Source: an uncultured Actinomycetota bacterium (GTDB lineage: Bacteria; Actinomycetota; Actinomycetes; JAHEKZ01). From it: a DNA stretch of 64,000 nucleotides. Location: assembly GCA_963718235.1 (NCBI GenBank), contig CAVQYR010000001.1, positions 1,120,001 through 1,184,000 on the forward strand, in the 5' to 3' direction. Below are positions 46,289 to 55,450 of the stretch, in pieces. Both the position numbers and the translations under genes were made by a program. The notes under the pieces were generated by a model, which was not told where the DNA came from, did no database searches, and worked only from the letters and a program-made list of their open reading frames with translations. Within the stretch, counting starts at the first letter, position 1. Each line of letters opens with the position of its first letter.

Positions 46289-47527
46289 ATGGTCGGTCGG
46301 GACGCGATCAAGTACTCGCTTCCGGTGACGTCTGCACGGGATCTCGTGGTGGATCTTCCGCTCGCGGAGCTGGAGCATGATCCGTACCCGTTCTACCGCT
46401 GGATGCGCGAGGAATGCCGGATCGCCTACGTGTCTGAAACCGGGCGGGTGTGGCTGTTGACTTGGGACCTTTGTCGGGAAGCCGGGGTCAACGACGCGGT
46501 GTTTGGCCCGACACGCGAAGCGCACGAGCAGGTCTACGGCCGGCCCAACGTGATGAGCCTCACGGGCGAGGAGCACCGAGTGCTGCGGGATGCGGCGCAG
46601 GCACCGGTTCGACCGAACCAGGTTGCGCGCATGTACGAGCCGCACCTGCGCAAGACCACGAAGGCGTATCTGGACAAGATCCGACCACGCGGCGAAGCGG
46701 ATGCCACCGTGGAGCTGTTCGAGCCTCTCGCTCAACGGGCTATCGGGGATGTGCTCGGGTTCAACACGGTCGACGACTCGACGTTGAGCCGTTGGTTCCG
46801 CACCCTCGGCGATTACCTCGTGGACTACGGACGCGATGCCGACTTGGCGCAGCGAACCCTCCTCGTGAAAGACGAGATCCGTCTGTTCGTGCAGGGGCTG
46901 GTGCCGGAGCTCACAGCGAGACCGGACCACACCGCGCTGAGCCATCTGCTGCACGACGGCCTGCCGGAGGGGCAGGTGCGTTCGCTCGATGACATCCTGC
47001 CCACCGTCGGTGTCCTGATCGTGGGCGGCTTCCAGGAGCCGGCGCACCTGATCGCAAGCACGCTGTACGGCTTGCTGTTGAACCCCGACCAAGCCGAGCT
47101 GGTCAGCGCGGATCCGACCACATGGACGCGCCCCGCCATTGAGGAAGGGCTGCGCTGGTTGCCGCCCTTCGGCATGACCGAGAAGCTCACCACCGCCGAC
47201 GTCGTCCTGGGCGGCATCTTGATCCCAGCGGGTACCGAGATCGCCTTGGTGATCGGCTCCGCCAACCGTGATCCTCAGCGGTTCGACCGGCCGGACGACT
47301 TCGACATCCGACGAGCGGACCAGGGCCATGTGTCCTTCGGGTTCGGCTCGCACTTCTGCATCGGGCACAGCGTCGCACGAGCGCTGGGACAGCTTGCGCT
47401 CGAGGAGACGTTCGCGACGCTTCCGGGCCTCAGGCTCGATCCGGATCAACCGGCCCTGGTGCAAGGCTGGCAGACGCGCGCTCCGAAGTCCCTGCCGGTT
47501 CGTTGGGACACCGGGCCAGACCTCTGA
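46289..47527 (+). CDS. Cytochrome P450, GcoA/CYP255-like
   Basis: FGFGSHFCIG heme motif, EEGLR, I-helix GGFQEP, SHLLHDGLPEGQVR. Confidence 0.9.
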   Translation: MVGRDAIKYSLPVTSARDLVVDLPLAELEHDPYPFYRWMREECRIAYVSETGRVWLLTWDLCREAGVNDAVFGPTREAHEQVYGRPNVMSLTGEEHRVLRDAAQAPVRPNQVARMYEPHLRKTTKAYLDKIRPRGEADATVELFEPLAQRAIGDVLGFNTVDDSTLSRWFRTLGDYLVDYGRDADLAQRTLLVKDEIRLFVQGLVPELTARPDHTALSHLLHDGLPEGQVRSLDDILPTVGVLIVGGFQEPAHLIASTLYGLLLNPDQAELVSADPTTWTRPAIEEGLRWLPPFGMTEKLTTADVVLGGILIPAGTEIALVIGSANRDPQRFDRPDDFDIRRADQGHVSFGFGSHFCIGHSVARALGQLALEETFATLPGLRLDPDQPALVQGWQTRAPKSLPVRWDTGPDL

Positions 47528-47649
47528 CCTACGTCAGCTCACCGACCACGGTCCGGCGCGACGCGCCGAGATCGGGCACGGTTAGGGAGCGCGAGGGTTG
47601 ATCGAGGCCGGCGCGAAACCGTCGCAGGGCGTGTGAACTGCGCGTTCGA

Positions 47650-47860
47650 CCTCGTGGAAGGAGCAGGGGTCTCTCACAGTCAGCGAGGAAGACTCAGTGA
47701 TGACTGATTCCACGACTCACGTCTTGGACGACGGTGGCGCCGGTGAAGACGTGAGGTACTGGGTAGCGGACAGTCGAGAGTCGCAAACGGTCGTGGCGGT
47801 GTTCGAGTCGGTGGAGCGGTTGCCGTCGGGTCGTTTCCGGGCGCGGGTGATCGGTCCGGA
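47650..47860 (+). pseudogene. 5' remnant of an L5-type integrase (paralog of 60001)
   Basis: 28-bp identity to 59951-59978; encodes VERLPSGRFRARVIGP, then breaks off. Confidence 0.8.
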
Positions 47861-47878
47861 GCCGGTCAGCCGTCGGCG

Positions 47879-47947
47879 TCACCACCTTCGCAGCGCGTTG
47901 GCGGCGTCCCATAGCCGCCGCTCCAGCTCCCCGAGCGTCACGCTCAT
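47879..47947 (-). pseudogene. N-terminal stub of a type I restriction-modification HsdM
   Basis: MSVTLGELERRLWDAANALR, ATGA-coupled to the fic gene. Confidence 0.6.
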
Positions 47948-49254
47948 GTGTCGTACCCCGCGGTGCTCACCGTGTTCTCTTCGCCTGGCTGGGCGGTATC
48001 GCCGGGGATGGATACGACGTGCTCGGGTGCCGCGGAAGACCGGGTCCGCTCGGGTGCTTGCGTGGCCTGCTGAGCCCGTCTGCGCTCGTACTGTGGGGGC
48101 GCCTCGATGATCTCGAAGATCTGGCGAGCCACCCAGTACTGGCGACGGCCCCGACCGCGGACCTGGAGGCGTTGGAGCCACCCTCGGGACTCGGCGTCGC
48201 GGATGAGATTCCGCGCCCCTTGGTTCGTGATCTTGAGGGCTGCCTCGACACGTCGGACGGTGACGAAGGGGTTGGCAAACAACAGTGGGACCACCTCGCC
48301 GATACGGGAGCGCGAGCGCGCCGCGGCGGTCACGTACTCCTCGCGGACGCGGACCAGCTGGCCGGCGCGGTCGACACCGTCCTCGGCCTGCCGTTGGACG
48401 GCGGTGAGGAAGAACTGCAGCCACTGCTGGATCTCGCCGCGTTCACGGACCGCCTGCAGCCGTTCGTAGTACTCGCGCCGGTGGGTTTCCAGGTAGCCCG
48501 ACAGGTAGAGCAGCGGCGTAGTCAGGCGGCCCTGTTGGTGGAGCAGGAGGCCGATGAGCAGGCGACCGATGCGGCCGTTGCCGTCCAGGAAGGGGTGGAT
48601 GGTCTCGAACTGGTAGTGCATGAGGGCACACCGGACCAGAGCGGGTTGGGGCCCCGGTTCGTTGACGAACCTCTCCCAGTCGGCGAGGAGGTCGCCGAGG
48701 TGTTCGGGCAGCGGGGGAACGAACACCGCCGTGTCAGGACTGTCCGTCGGGGACCCTACCCAGACCGGGCTGCGACGCAGCTCCCCAGGTAGCCGGTCCT
48801 CGCCGCGGACTCCCGTGAGCAGCACGCGGTGAACATCGAGGACCAGCCGCTGGCTGATCGGGAGCGTCTTGATCAGTTCGAGGCCACGGTAGGTAGCCCG
48901 CACATACGACTGGACCTCGGCGACGTCGTCGGTCGTGTGCTCGGTCTCATCGACTTCGGCACCGGCCTGAAGGACCTCGGCGAGGGACGCCTGAGTGCCT
49001 TCGATCCGCGAGCTCGCGAGAGCCTCGCGGGTGACATACGGGCCGATGAGCAGCTGCGGGTCGGTGATCAGATGCCCCAGCCCCTGCAGATGCCCCAGGG
49101 CCGCGTCAGCCTCGGACAGCGCCAGCACGGTCGCAGAGTCGAGCACGAGGTCTCGAGGGATCGGCGACGGTTCGAAGTACCAGAACGCCCAGCGATCACC
49201 CGCGCGGCGGGTCGCCCGGCCGAACGCCGGTGCCTGGAAGTCCGTTGGATCCAC
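47944..49254 (-). CDS. Fic family protein
   Basis: SSRIEG inhibitory motif; HPFLDGNGRIGR; C-terminal HTH. Confidence 0.95.
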   Translation of the reverse strand: MDPTDFQAPAFGRATRRAGDRWAFWYFEPSPIPRDLVLDSATVLALSEADAALGHLQGLGHLITDPQLLIGPYVTREALASSRIEGTQASLAEVLQAGAEVDETEHTTDDVAEVQSYVRATYRGLELIKTLPISQRLVLDVHRVLLTGVRGEDRLPGELRRSPVWVGSPTDSPDTAVFVPPLPEHLGDLLADWERFVNEPGPQPALVRCALMHYQFETIHPFLDGNGRIGRLLIGLLLHQQGRLTTPLLYLSGYLETHRREYYERLQAVRERGEIQQWLQFFLTAVQRQAEDGVDRAGQLVRVREEYVTAAARSRSRIGEVVPLLFANPFVTVRRVEAALKITNQGARNLIRDAESRGWLQRLQVRGRGRRQYWVARQIFEIIEAPPQYERRRAQQATQAPERTRSSAAPEHVVSIPGDTAQPGEENTVSTAGYDT

Positions 49255-49430
49255 GAGGTGACACTACAACACTGGGCCCTATTTCGTTGGAATAGCCCGC
49301 AGAGACCCCAATGATCTTTGGAGTGAGCGGGCCGAACTCCAACGGTATCCGACTCGCGGAGGAGCCCCGATGTCTCGATGTCTCAATCATCAGGACACCC
49401 AGCCCGAAGGGTGACCCGAAAGCGTGGAGG

Positions 49431-49985
49431 TCAGATCGACCGGTCGAAGACGGTGGCGAAGATCTGGTCGACCTCGGCCGGGTCGAAGGCCTCGGGGTCG
49501 AAGCTGCCGCCGATCCACTCCAACAGCTCCGCGTGCCGCTCATGCTCGGGGTCGGTGATCGCGTCGAGGAAGTCGGCGTATCCCCACGGACCGCCGACGT
49601 CCTCTGGCGGGCAGGCCCGGCGTCCTGCCAGACAGACGGGTCGAGAACGTCCGGCTGCGGGCAGCACGTCCTCCACGACGACTTGGTGCTCCCAGCCGTC
49701 GCCGAAGTCGTACTGGAAGGTGAACGTGTCGCCCGGCCCGACCAGGTCCCCGAGTCGGACCGAGGCCGGGTCGACCGAGTCGTCCGGCCAGTCGTCGTCG
49801 ATCTCCAGGTACGACGTGCGGCCGATCTTGAAGGCGTACAGGTGGTAGCCGAACCAGCCCATCCCGGTGAGCAGGGCCTCGTGCACCTGGGCCAAGGAGT
49901 ACTCACTCGGGATGAGCAGCCGCCGCCACACTGGCGGCTTGACGCCCTTCAGGGTGATCTTCAACTGGTGACTGCTGCCCATCAC
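49431..49985 (-). CDS. Plasmid pRiA4b ORF-3 family protein
   Basis: PPVWRRL, HLYAF, YDFGDGW, ACPPEDVGG. Confidence 0.93.
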   Translation of the reverse strand: MMGSSHQLKITLKGVKPPVWRRLLIPSEYSLAQVHEALLTGMGWFGYHLYAFKIGRTSYLEIDDDWPDDSVDPASVRLGDLVGPGDTFTFQYDFGDGWEHQVVVEDVLPAAGRSRPVCLAGRRACPPEDVGGPWGYADFLDAITDPEHERHAELLEWIGGSFDPEAFDPAEVDQIFATVFDRSI

Positions 49986-50003
49986 GACATCCTGGCGTCG
50001 AGG

Positions 50004-50843
50004 TCAGTCTGTGAGGTCGGGCAGGACCTGGGTCACGAACTCCTCGACCCTCGCGGCGCCCTCCCCGGGCCACCCGCAGACGAGGTACCCGACGCCCACC
50101 GCACGCATCGCCTCGGCGTTCGCGCGGACCTCGCCCCAGGGCTCGGACAAAGACAGCGAGGACGCCCGGGTGATCGAGGCCGGGTCACGACCGGCGGCAG
50201 TGGCCAGCTCGTCCACCACGGAGGACAGCTCGCGGATGGTGCTCGGCGACTCGAAGCAGTGCCAGGCGTCCGCGAACCGGGCCACCAACGGGAGTGTGCG
50301 GGTGCGCCCGGATCCACCGATCCACAACGGCGGGTGCGGCCGCTGGACCGGGGTTGGTCGAAGCTGCGCCCCAGCCAGGCTGTGGACGGAGCCTCGGTAG
50401 TCCACGACCTCGCCGCTGAACAGCCGGGTGAGGATCTCCAAGCAGTCCTCAAGCCGGTCGAACCGCTCGGCCAGGGGCGGGAAGTCGATCCCCAGCTGCT
50501 GGTGCTCGGCCTGGTGCCATGCCGCCCCCAAGGCCAGCTCGAGTCGGCCATGGCTGGCGTGGTCGACCGTCACCGCCTGGGCGGCAAGTACCGATGGGTT
50601 TCGGTACGTCACGCCAGTGACCAGGAGACCCAGTCGGATCCGGGACGTAGCCGACGCCAAGGCCGCGAGCGTTGTCATCCCCTCGAAACAGTTGCCGGGA
50701 CCCTCGCCGTACATGGGCTCGAAGTGGTCGAAGCCCCACGCGCCGTCGAAGCCGAGGTCCTCGCTGAGGCGGACCCGACCGAGCAGGTCGTCCCACTCCA
50801 TGCGTTGCTGGGCGATGTCCAAACCGAAGCGCAGCGCTGTCAT
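50004..50843 (-). CDS. LLM-class flavin/F420-dependent oxidoreductase
   Basis: GFDGAWGFDHF, RIRLGLLVTG, PPLWIGGSG. Confidence 0.9.
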   Translation of the reverse strand: MTALRFGLDIAQQRMEWDDLLGRVRLSEDLGFDGAWGFDHFEPMYGEGPGNCFEGMTTLAALASATSRIRLGLLVTGVTYRNPSVLAAQAVTVDHASHGRLELALGAAWHQAEHQQLGIDFPPLAERFDRLEDCLEILTRLFSGEVVDYRGSVHSLAGAQLRPTPVQRPHPPLWIGGSGRTRTLPLVARFADAWHCFESPSTIRELSSVVDELATAAGRDPASITRASSLSLSEPWGEVRANAEAMRAVGVGYLVCGWPGEGAARVEEFVTQVLPDLTD

Positions 50844-50912
50844 GGCACGACCGTAGCCCGTCGATGCGGGCCGGCTTGGTGCGCACGTGGGGCTTCGGAC
50901 CGGCGCTCGATG

Positions 50913-50957
50913 TGGAGCGGGTGACCGGGATAGAACCGGCATGGCCAGCTTGGAAGG
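50913..50957 (-). mobile_element. att site: 3' half of tRNA-Gly(TCC), copy 1
   Basis: CCTTCCAAGCTGGCCATGCCGGTTCTATCCCGGTCACCCGCTCCA; no tRNA 5' half. Confidence 0.85.
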
Positions 50958-51137
50958 ACCCTCAGGACCATCCACGTTCGTCCCTCAGAGTACGTCGCCG
51001 CAGGTCAGCGCGGTATGGCCATCCACCGGTATCCACCGAGATCGATCACTTTCCAGCCGCTTTGGGCACGCGAAGGGCACGGCGGGTCCTTGGTCGCCGC
51101 CGGCTGACAGGTGCGGATCTCAGGACTGGTGAGCGTC

Positions 51138-51410
51138 TCAGCGGTGGTCGACGTCAAGGACGATCACGCGGTGGTTCGCCTCGTGGATGCGGTAGCGGAC
51201 TCGGTACTCGCCGCGGCGGGCGCGCCACAGCCCTTCGAAGGGCGCGCGCAGCGGAGCCCCTACGACGCGCGGTCGTCGGCGGAGTGGTCCGCTGATGAAC
51301 TCCCAAGCCGCGAAAGCCGCGGCGGAAGGAAGCGTCTCGGTGAGTGCTCGACGCACCCCCGGGGCGAGGACGACGGTGTACGGGGGATCGTCTGGAAGCT
51401 CAGTTGTCAC
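51138..51410 (-). CDS. RelE/ParE toxin
   Basis: GLWRARRGEYRVRYRI...VDHR; overlaps the antitoxin gene. Confidence 0.88.
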   Translation of the reverse strand: MTTELPDDPPYTVVLAPGVRRALTETLPSAAAFAAWEFISGPLRRRPRVVGAPLRAPFEGLWRARRGEYRVRYRIHEANHRVIVLDVDHR

Positions 51411-51693
51411 GGTGCTCGCGCAGCCGCCGTTCGTCCATCAGCGCCGACATGTCCACGGCGGTGGTCACGTCGCCGGCCGCAACGGCAGCATCAGCGGCGT
51501 GGATCCGTTCCATCGCCGCGTCGTCTCGCAGTAGCTCGATGGTGGTCTCGAGGGACTCCAGATCTTCAGCCGACAGCAGCACCACATACTCGCGGCCGTT
51601 CCGAGTGACGTGGACGCGTTCGTGCGTCCGGTCGACCTCGTCGGCGATCTCCGAGAGGCGCGCCTTGACTTCGGACAAGGGAAGGGTACTCAT
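51400..51693 (-). CDS. Phd/YefM antitoxin
   Basis: LSEVKARLSE, VTRNGR, LESLETT. Confidence 0.92.
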   Translation of the reverse strand: MSTLPLSEVKARLSEIADEVDRTHERVHVTRNGREYVVLLSAEDLESLETTIELLRDDAAMERIHAADAAVAAGDVTTAVDMSALMDERRLREHRDN

Positions 51694-51711
51694 AGACCAG
51701 AATAGTAGTCT
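51694..51711 (-). promoter_or_regulatory. Toxin-antitoxin operator and leaderless -10 box
   Basis: AGAC-N10-GTCT inverted repeat containing TATTCT 5 nt before the ATG. Confidence 0.5.
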
Positions 51712-51851
51712 GCTGAGCTGGGCAAGGGCAACGATCCAAGGCCACATCGCGCGGACTTGTTGGGCGAGTTCTATGGGCACATCCGTGCGCTCATGATGTC
51801 GCTCGAGGCGGGTGCCAGACTGAGTCCCGAACGAAGCCCGGGAGGCCACGC

Positions 51852-52043
51852 GTGTACGAGTACAAGCCCCTTACAGAGCGAGACAGCAAGTTCCTGGGTC
51901 GATTCGACCCGAAATCGCTGGAGGCAGTGCTCAACGGATATTCCGCCGATGGGTGGCGAGTCGTCAGCGGCTTCCTCGCCATCGGCGCGGCTACCAGTCG
52001 GGAATGGCTCAGCCGGGGTGGTAGCGGAACGCGTACTTGGTAG
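51852..52043 (+). pseudogene. DUF4177-like small protein, 3' end disrupted
   Basis: YEYK...LEAVLN..GWRVV after a GGAGG RBS; runs into the Kelch gene end. Confidence 0.55.
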
Positions 52044-53160
52044 GGGTGGGTGATGCCGTGCTGGTCTGGGTCAGGCCGCCGGTGACCAGGATCGAGCCGT
52101 TGCGCAGTCGTACGGCTCCGAAGTTGGTCGAGGGTTTGGGCATCTTCGTCCACAGAACCCATCGACGTTGACCGGGACGCCAGAGAAAGCCGGTCGCCGT
52201 GGGTTGGAGGGCGCGGTTCAGGCCGCCCAGAACCAGTGGGCGGCCGCGAAGCGCCGCGACCTGCATGTCGCCACGGGCGGCCGGGAGCGGTGCGACTGGG
52301 CGCCAGGTATTGCTCACGGGGTTGAACTCCGCCACTGATCGGCTCACGCCCGTCTGCGCCGATCCTCCGGCGATGGCGAGTACGTGACCATTCGGGAGCC
52401 GGAACAACAGCGGTTCCTGCCCGCCACGGAACTGACCGGCAGGTCGCCATACATGCTGCTTCACCACGTACCGCTCAGCGGTGCGCAGGCGCGTGGTCGA
52501 ATCGAAGGCGTCGCCCGCAACGAGGATGTCACCGTTGGGTAGGCGAGCCGACGATCCGAAGACCCGGGGCTTCGACATCGGGTCAGTCCTGCGCCATCGG
52601 TTGGTCTTGGGGTTGAAGACTTCAGCTGTGGTCGAAGAGGTCGTGAAGTAGCCCCCGGCCACCAGAACTCGCCCGTCGGGAAGCAGTTCGGCAATCGCAC
52701 CGTCTCGGCGGTCGTTCATTGGTGCGGCATACGTCCAACGGTTCGTCACCGGATGGTAGATCTCCGCCGATCGCAACACCCGAGAGCCATCCGCGCCGCC
52801 CGCCACCAGCACCCGGCCGTCACGCAGAACGACGGCACTCGCGAAGCATCGCGCGCGGTGCATCCTGCTCGCAGGAGCCCAACTGTTGGTCACCGGGGAA
52901 TACAGGTCGGCGGAACGCTTGCAGCCGGAGACAGTCGCATCCCCACCGCCCGCAACCAGCACCCGCTCGTCGTGGAGCCGCACCGTGATCTGGTTCCATC
53001 GCGAATGTGGCATCGGCCCAACCGACACCCACGAACCGTGCGTCACACCTACCCGGACGGTCTGCGAGGCCGCCACGGAACCACTCGCCGGCGCGACAGA
53101 CCCCACGGCCAGCGCCGCGCAAGCCAGCAACGGAAGGGCAACCCCCCGAGCCCTGAACAT
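52009..53160 (-). CDS. Secreted Kelch-repeat beta-propeller protein
   Basis: Signal peptide; repeated DGRVLVAGG...AE.Y.P.TN.W. Confidence 0.9.
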   Translation of the reverse strand: MFRARGVALPLLACAALAVGSVAPASGSVAASQTVRVGVTHGSWVSVGPMPHSRWNQITVRLHDERVLVAGGGDATVSGCKRSADLYSPVTNSWAPASRMHRARCFASAVVLRDGRVLVAGGADGSRVLRSAEIYHPVTNRWTYAAPMNDRRDGAIAELLPDGRVLVAGGYFTTSSTTAEVFNPKTNRWRRTDPMSKPRVFGSSARLPNGDILVAGDAFDSTTRLRTAERYVVKQHVWRPAGQFRGGQEPLLFRLPNGHVLAIAGGSAQTGVSRSVAEFNPVSNTWRPVAPLPAARGDMQVAALRGRPLVLGGLNRALQPTATGFLWRPGQRRWVLWTKMPKPSTNFGAVRLRNGSILVTGGLTQTSTASPTPTKYAFRYHPG

Positions 53161-53346
53161 GTCGAATCTCCCTCCTACCCGTGGGCAGTCTCCACGGTGA
53201 CCGGTGAACGTCCCAGAGGCAGAGGTCCCTTGGCCGGCGAGCACTTGACAACAGACGGCACCGCCGCCGAACCAAGGCCGGCGCCCAGGGCCGGTTCCTG
53301 CTGCATGACTGCACTTCGGAGCGACATCTACAGACGGTGTCCTGTG

Positions 53347-53757
53347 CTACTGCGTTGTTCCGGGTCCGAGAGTCAGTTCGTGGCGCGACTCCCTGCCTCC
53401 CGTGCGACAGACGAACACATACCGACCCGCCGCCATCCTCACGTACCTTCCGTGGCCGCGAACAACTGTCGCATCGCGTTCCGTCCCGCTCTTGTCCACG
53501 ATCCGCGCCACAGGGCGCTTCGACGGCCAAGGGCCGTAGACCGTCAAGGTGGCCTTACCAGGCATCTCGCTCCAGAACAGGATGCCGTGGGTTCCCGCGG
53601 TGTACCCGTAGTCCTGCACCAGGCATCGGCCGTGGCGCAGGATGACTTCGATGCCTGCCATGTCAGGGGTTACCTCGTCGCCCATGCATCCCCCGAGCAC
53701 CAGCGCCACGAGTGGCCCCAGCGCTCGCCCGAGAGCACCTGCCCAACGCGTCTGCAT
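53347..53757 (-). CDS. Hypothetical lipoprotein
   Basis: GAAGAGG RBS; LVALVLGGC lipobox. Confidence 0.55.
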   Translation of the reverse strand: MQTRWAGALGRALGPLVALVLGGCMGDEVTPDMAGIEVILRHGRCLVQDYGYTAGTHGILFWSEMPGKATLTVYGPWPSKRPVARIVDKSGTERDATVVRGHGRYVRMAAGRYVFVCRTGGRESRHELTLGPGTTQ

Positions 53758-53994
53758 GGCCTCTTCTGACTGTTGCCGCCAGCCTCGCTCAGATGCCGCG
53801 GTGGAAGCCAGAGTCCAACGTCCATAGGTGACGTCGGGAGTCCGCCCTGCTCGCACTTCTCCTCGGCCCGGTGAAGGCCCCCGCCACGGCACATAGCCAC
53901 TACTTGCGTTCGTTCCCTAGCTCGCGCCTAATGCCGGATATCGCTCTTCCCGGGTGGCCTTTCGGGCGCGCTTCGGTTACGGGATCATGCTGGG

Positions 53995-54603
53995 GTGAAG
54001 TGGTCGACCGCGGTGGGGCATGTCCGCAGGTTGGCGGAGCAGTGCGCTGAGATGGCCGAGCTGCCTTCGAGCCTGCGCCTGCTGCGTGTCACCGAATTGT
54101 GGGCGGTCGGTGACGTGCTGGGTGCTCCGCGGGACTTGGACTGGGTGACGGCTGCGGTGTGCGTGGATCTCCCGGTCGGGCAGGTGCCGTGGATGTGTCG
54201 GCCCGTGGGTGCGGATCGTTGGGCTGAGATGACGCGGGCGTCGAAGAACCCGGTTGGCGTGTGGTGGCGCTCGACACACGCCCCGGTGTGGAACCACCAG
54301 ATCGTGCGCCCGGTGCTGATCTGGGACCAGGTGGCCGGCATCCGCGAGGAGGCGTTGACGGCGATCCGTGAGGGCCGCGGCTCAGCTGCGGGCCTGGCTG
54401 CACCGAGTGAGGAGGAGTGCGTGGCACGCATGGACGAGGAGCTGCAGACGAGCCTGGCGGAGTTGCAGTGCCGCACTGGGGAGTACGAGACGGAGCACAC
54501 GACCCGTCTCGGGGTCCGCGCCGACGCCCTGTTCGCCGCCGCGCAGGGGTATCTCGACGTCCTGGCCGCCCAGCAGCCGCCTCGGCTGGGTGACCAGCCC
54601 TGA
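53995..54603 (+). CDS. Conserved actinobacterial hypothetical protein (possible nucleotidyltransferase-like fold)
   Basis: Clean 202-aa ORF; LWAVGDVL..D pattern; PVWNH..VRP. Confidence 0.7.
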   Translation: MKWSTAVGHVRRLAEQCAEMAELPSSLRLLRVTELWAVGDVLGAPRDLDWVTAAVCVDLPVGQVPWMCRPVGADRWAEMTRASKNPVGVWWRSTHAPVWNHQIVRPVLIWDQVAGIREEALTAIREGRGSAAGLAAPSEEECVARMDEELQTSLAELQCRTGEYETEHTTRLGVRADALFAAAQGYLDVLAAQQPPRLGDQP

Positions 54604-54615
54604 CCTGGCGGCGGG

Positions 54616-55450
54616 TTATGCAGCTCCGGCGATGAAGGCGGCGACGATGTAGTTGGCGTGGCGGTCGAGGTTGCCGCCGGCTCGGTCGTAGCGGGTGGTG
54701 GTGCTGGGGTCGGCGTGGCGGGCGGCGATCTGGACGTCGCGTAGGGGGACGCCGGCGTCCAGTGCGGCGGCGACGTAGGCGTGGCGTAGGGCGTGGCAGC
54801 CGACCTTGTGGTCGATGCCGGCCTTCTTGGCCAGGCGGGCGACGATGCGGGCGGCGGCGTTGCGGTCCACCCGGTGCCCGGTGCGGGTGCGGATCAGCGG
54901 CCCGGTCAGGCGGTCGGCGGCGGCCAGGTCCAGGGTGCGGGCCACCGGGACGGGCAGCGGGATCAAGGCGGGTTTGTTGCCCTTGCCGATCACGTGCAGG
55001 GTGCGGCGGCCCCGCTCAGCGCCGAGGTCGTCGATGTTGACCCCGCACGCTTCGGACACCCGCAGCCCGAGCAGGCCGAGCAGGGTGATCAGCGCGGCCT
55101 CGTCCGGGCCGGCGGCGCGGGCGGTGGCGACCAGGGCTCCCAGCTGCATGCGGTCCAGCCCCAGGGCTTGGGACTCCTCTGGCACGTGGGGCCGGCGCAC
55201 GTACTCCGCTGGGGAGCGGTCCAGGTAGCCGTCGATCGCGGCGAACCGGTAGAACCCGACCACCGTCGAGAGCCGCCGGGCGGTGGTGGCAGGGGCGTAG
55301 CCGCGCTCTTCCTCCATCCACCGCACGTACAGCTCCACGTGCGGGCGGGTCATCGCGAACACCTCCATCTGCCGGGTCTGGCACCAGCCGATGCTCCCGG
55401 GTCCGCTTCGGCAGCGGCTCGGGACGGACCAGAGTCGCGGAATCGGACAC
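54616..55450 (-). pseudogene. Xer-like tyrosine recombinase with an N-terminal deletion/frameshift
   Basis: LRVSE, GKGNK, HALRH, ARH, TTRYD intact in 54616-55368; start MSDSATLVRPEP (GTG 55450, GGAGG RBS) is out of frame. Confidence 0.8.

Noticed and set aside
47585-47613. Third, degenerate tRNA-Gly att upstream of the integrase remnant
   Set aside because: Only GGAGCG..GATCGA..CCGGC patches match, which is too weak in GC-rich DNA.
53924-53945. Chromosomal dif site
   Set aside because: It only loosely resembles actinobacterial dif; the XerD arm TTATGTCAAGT (as recalled) is not matched.
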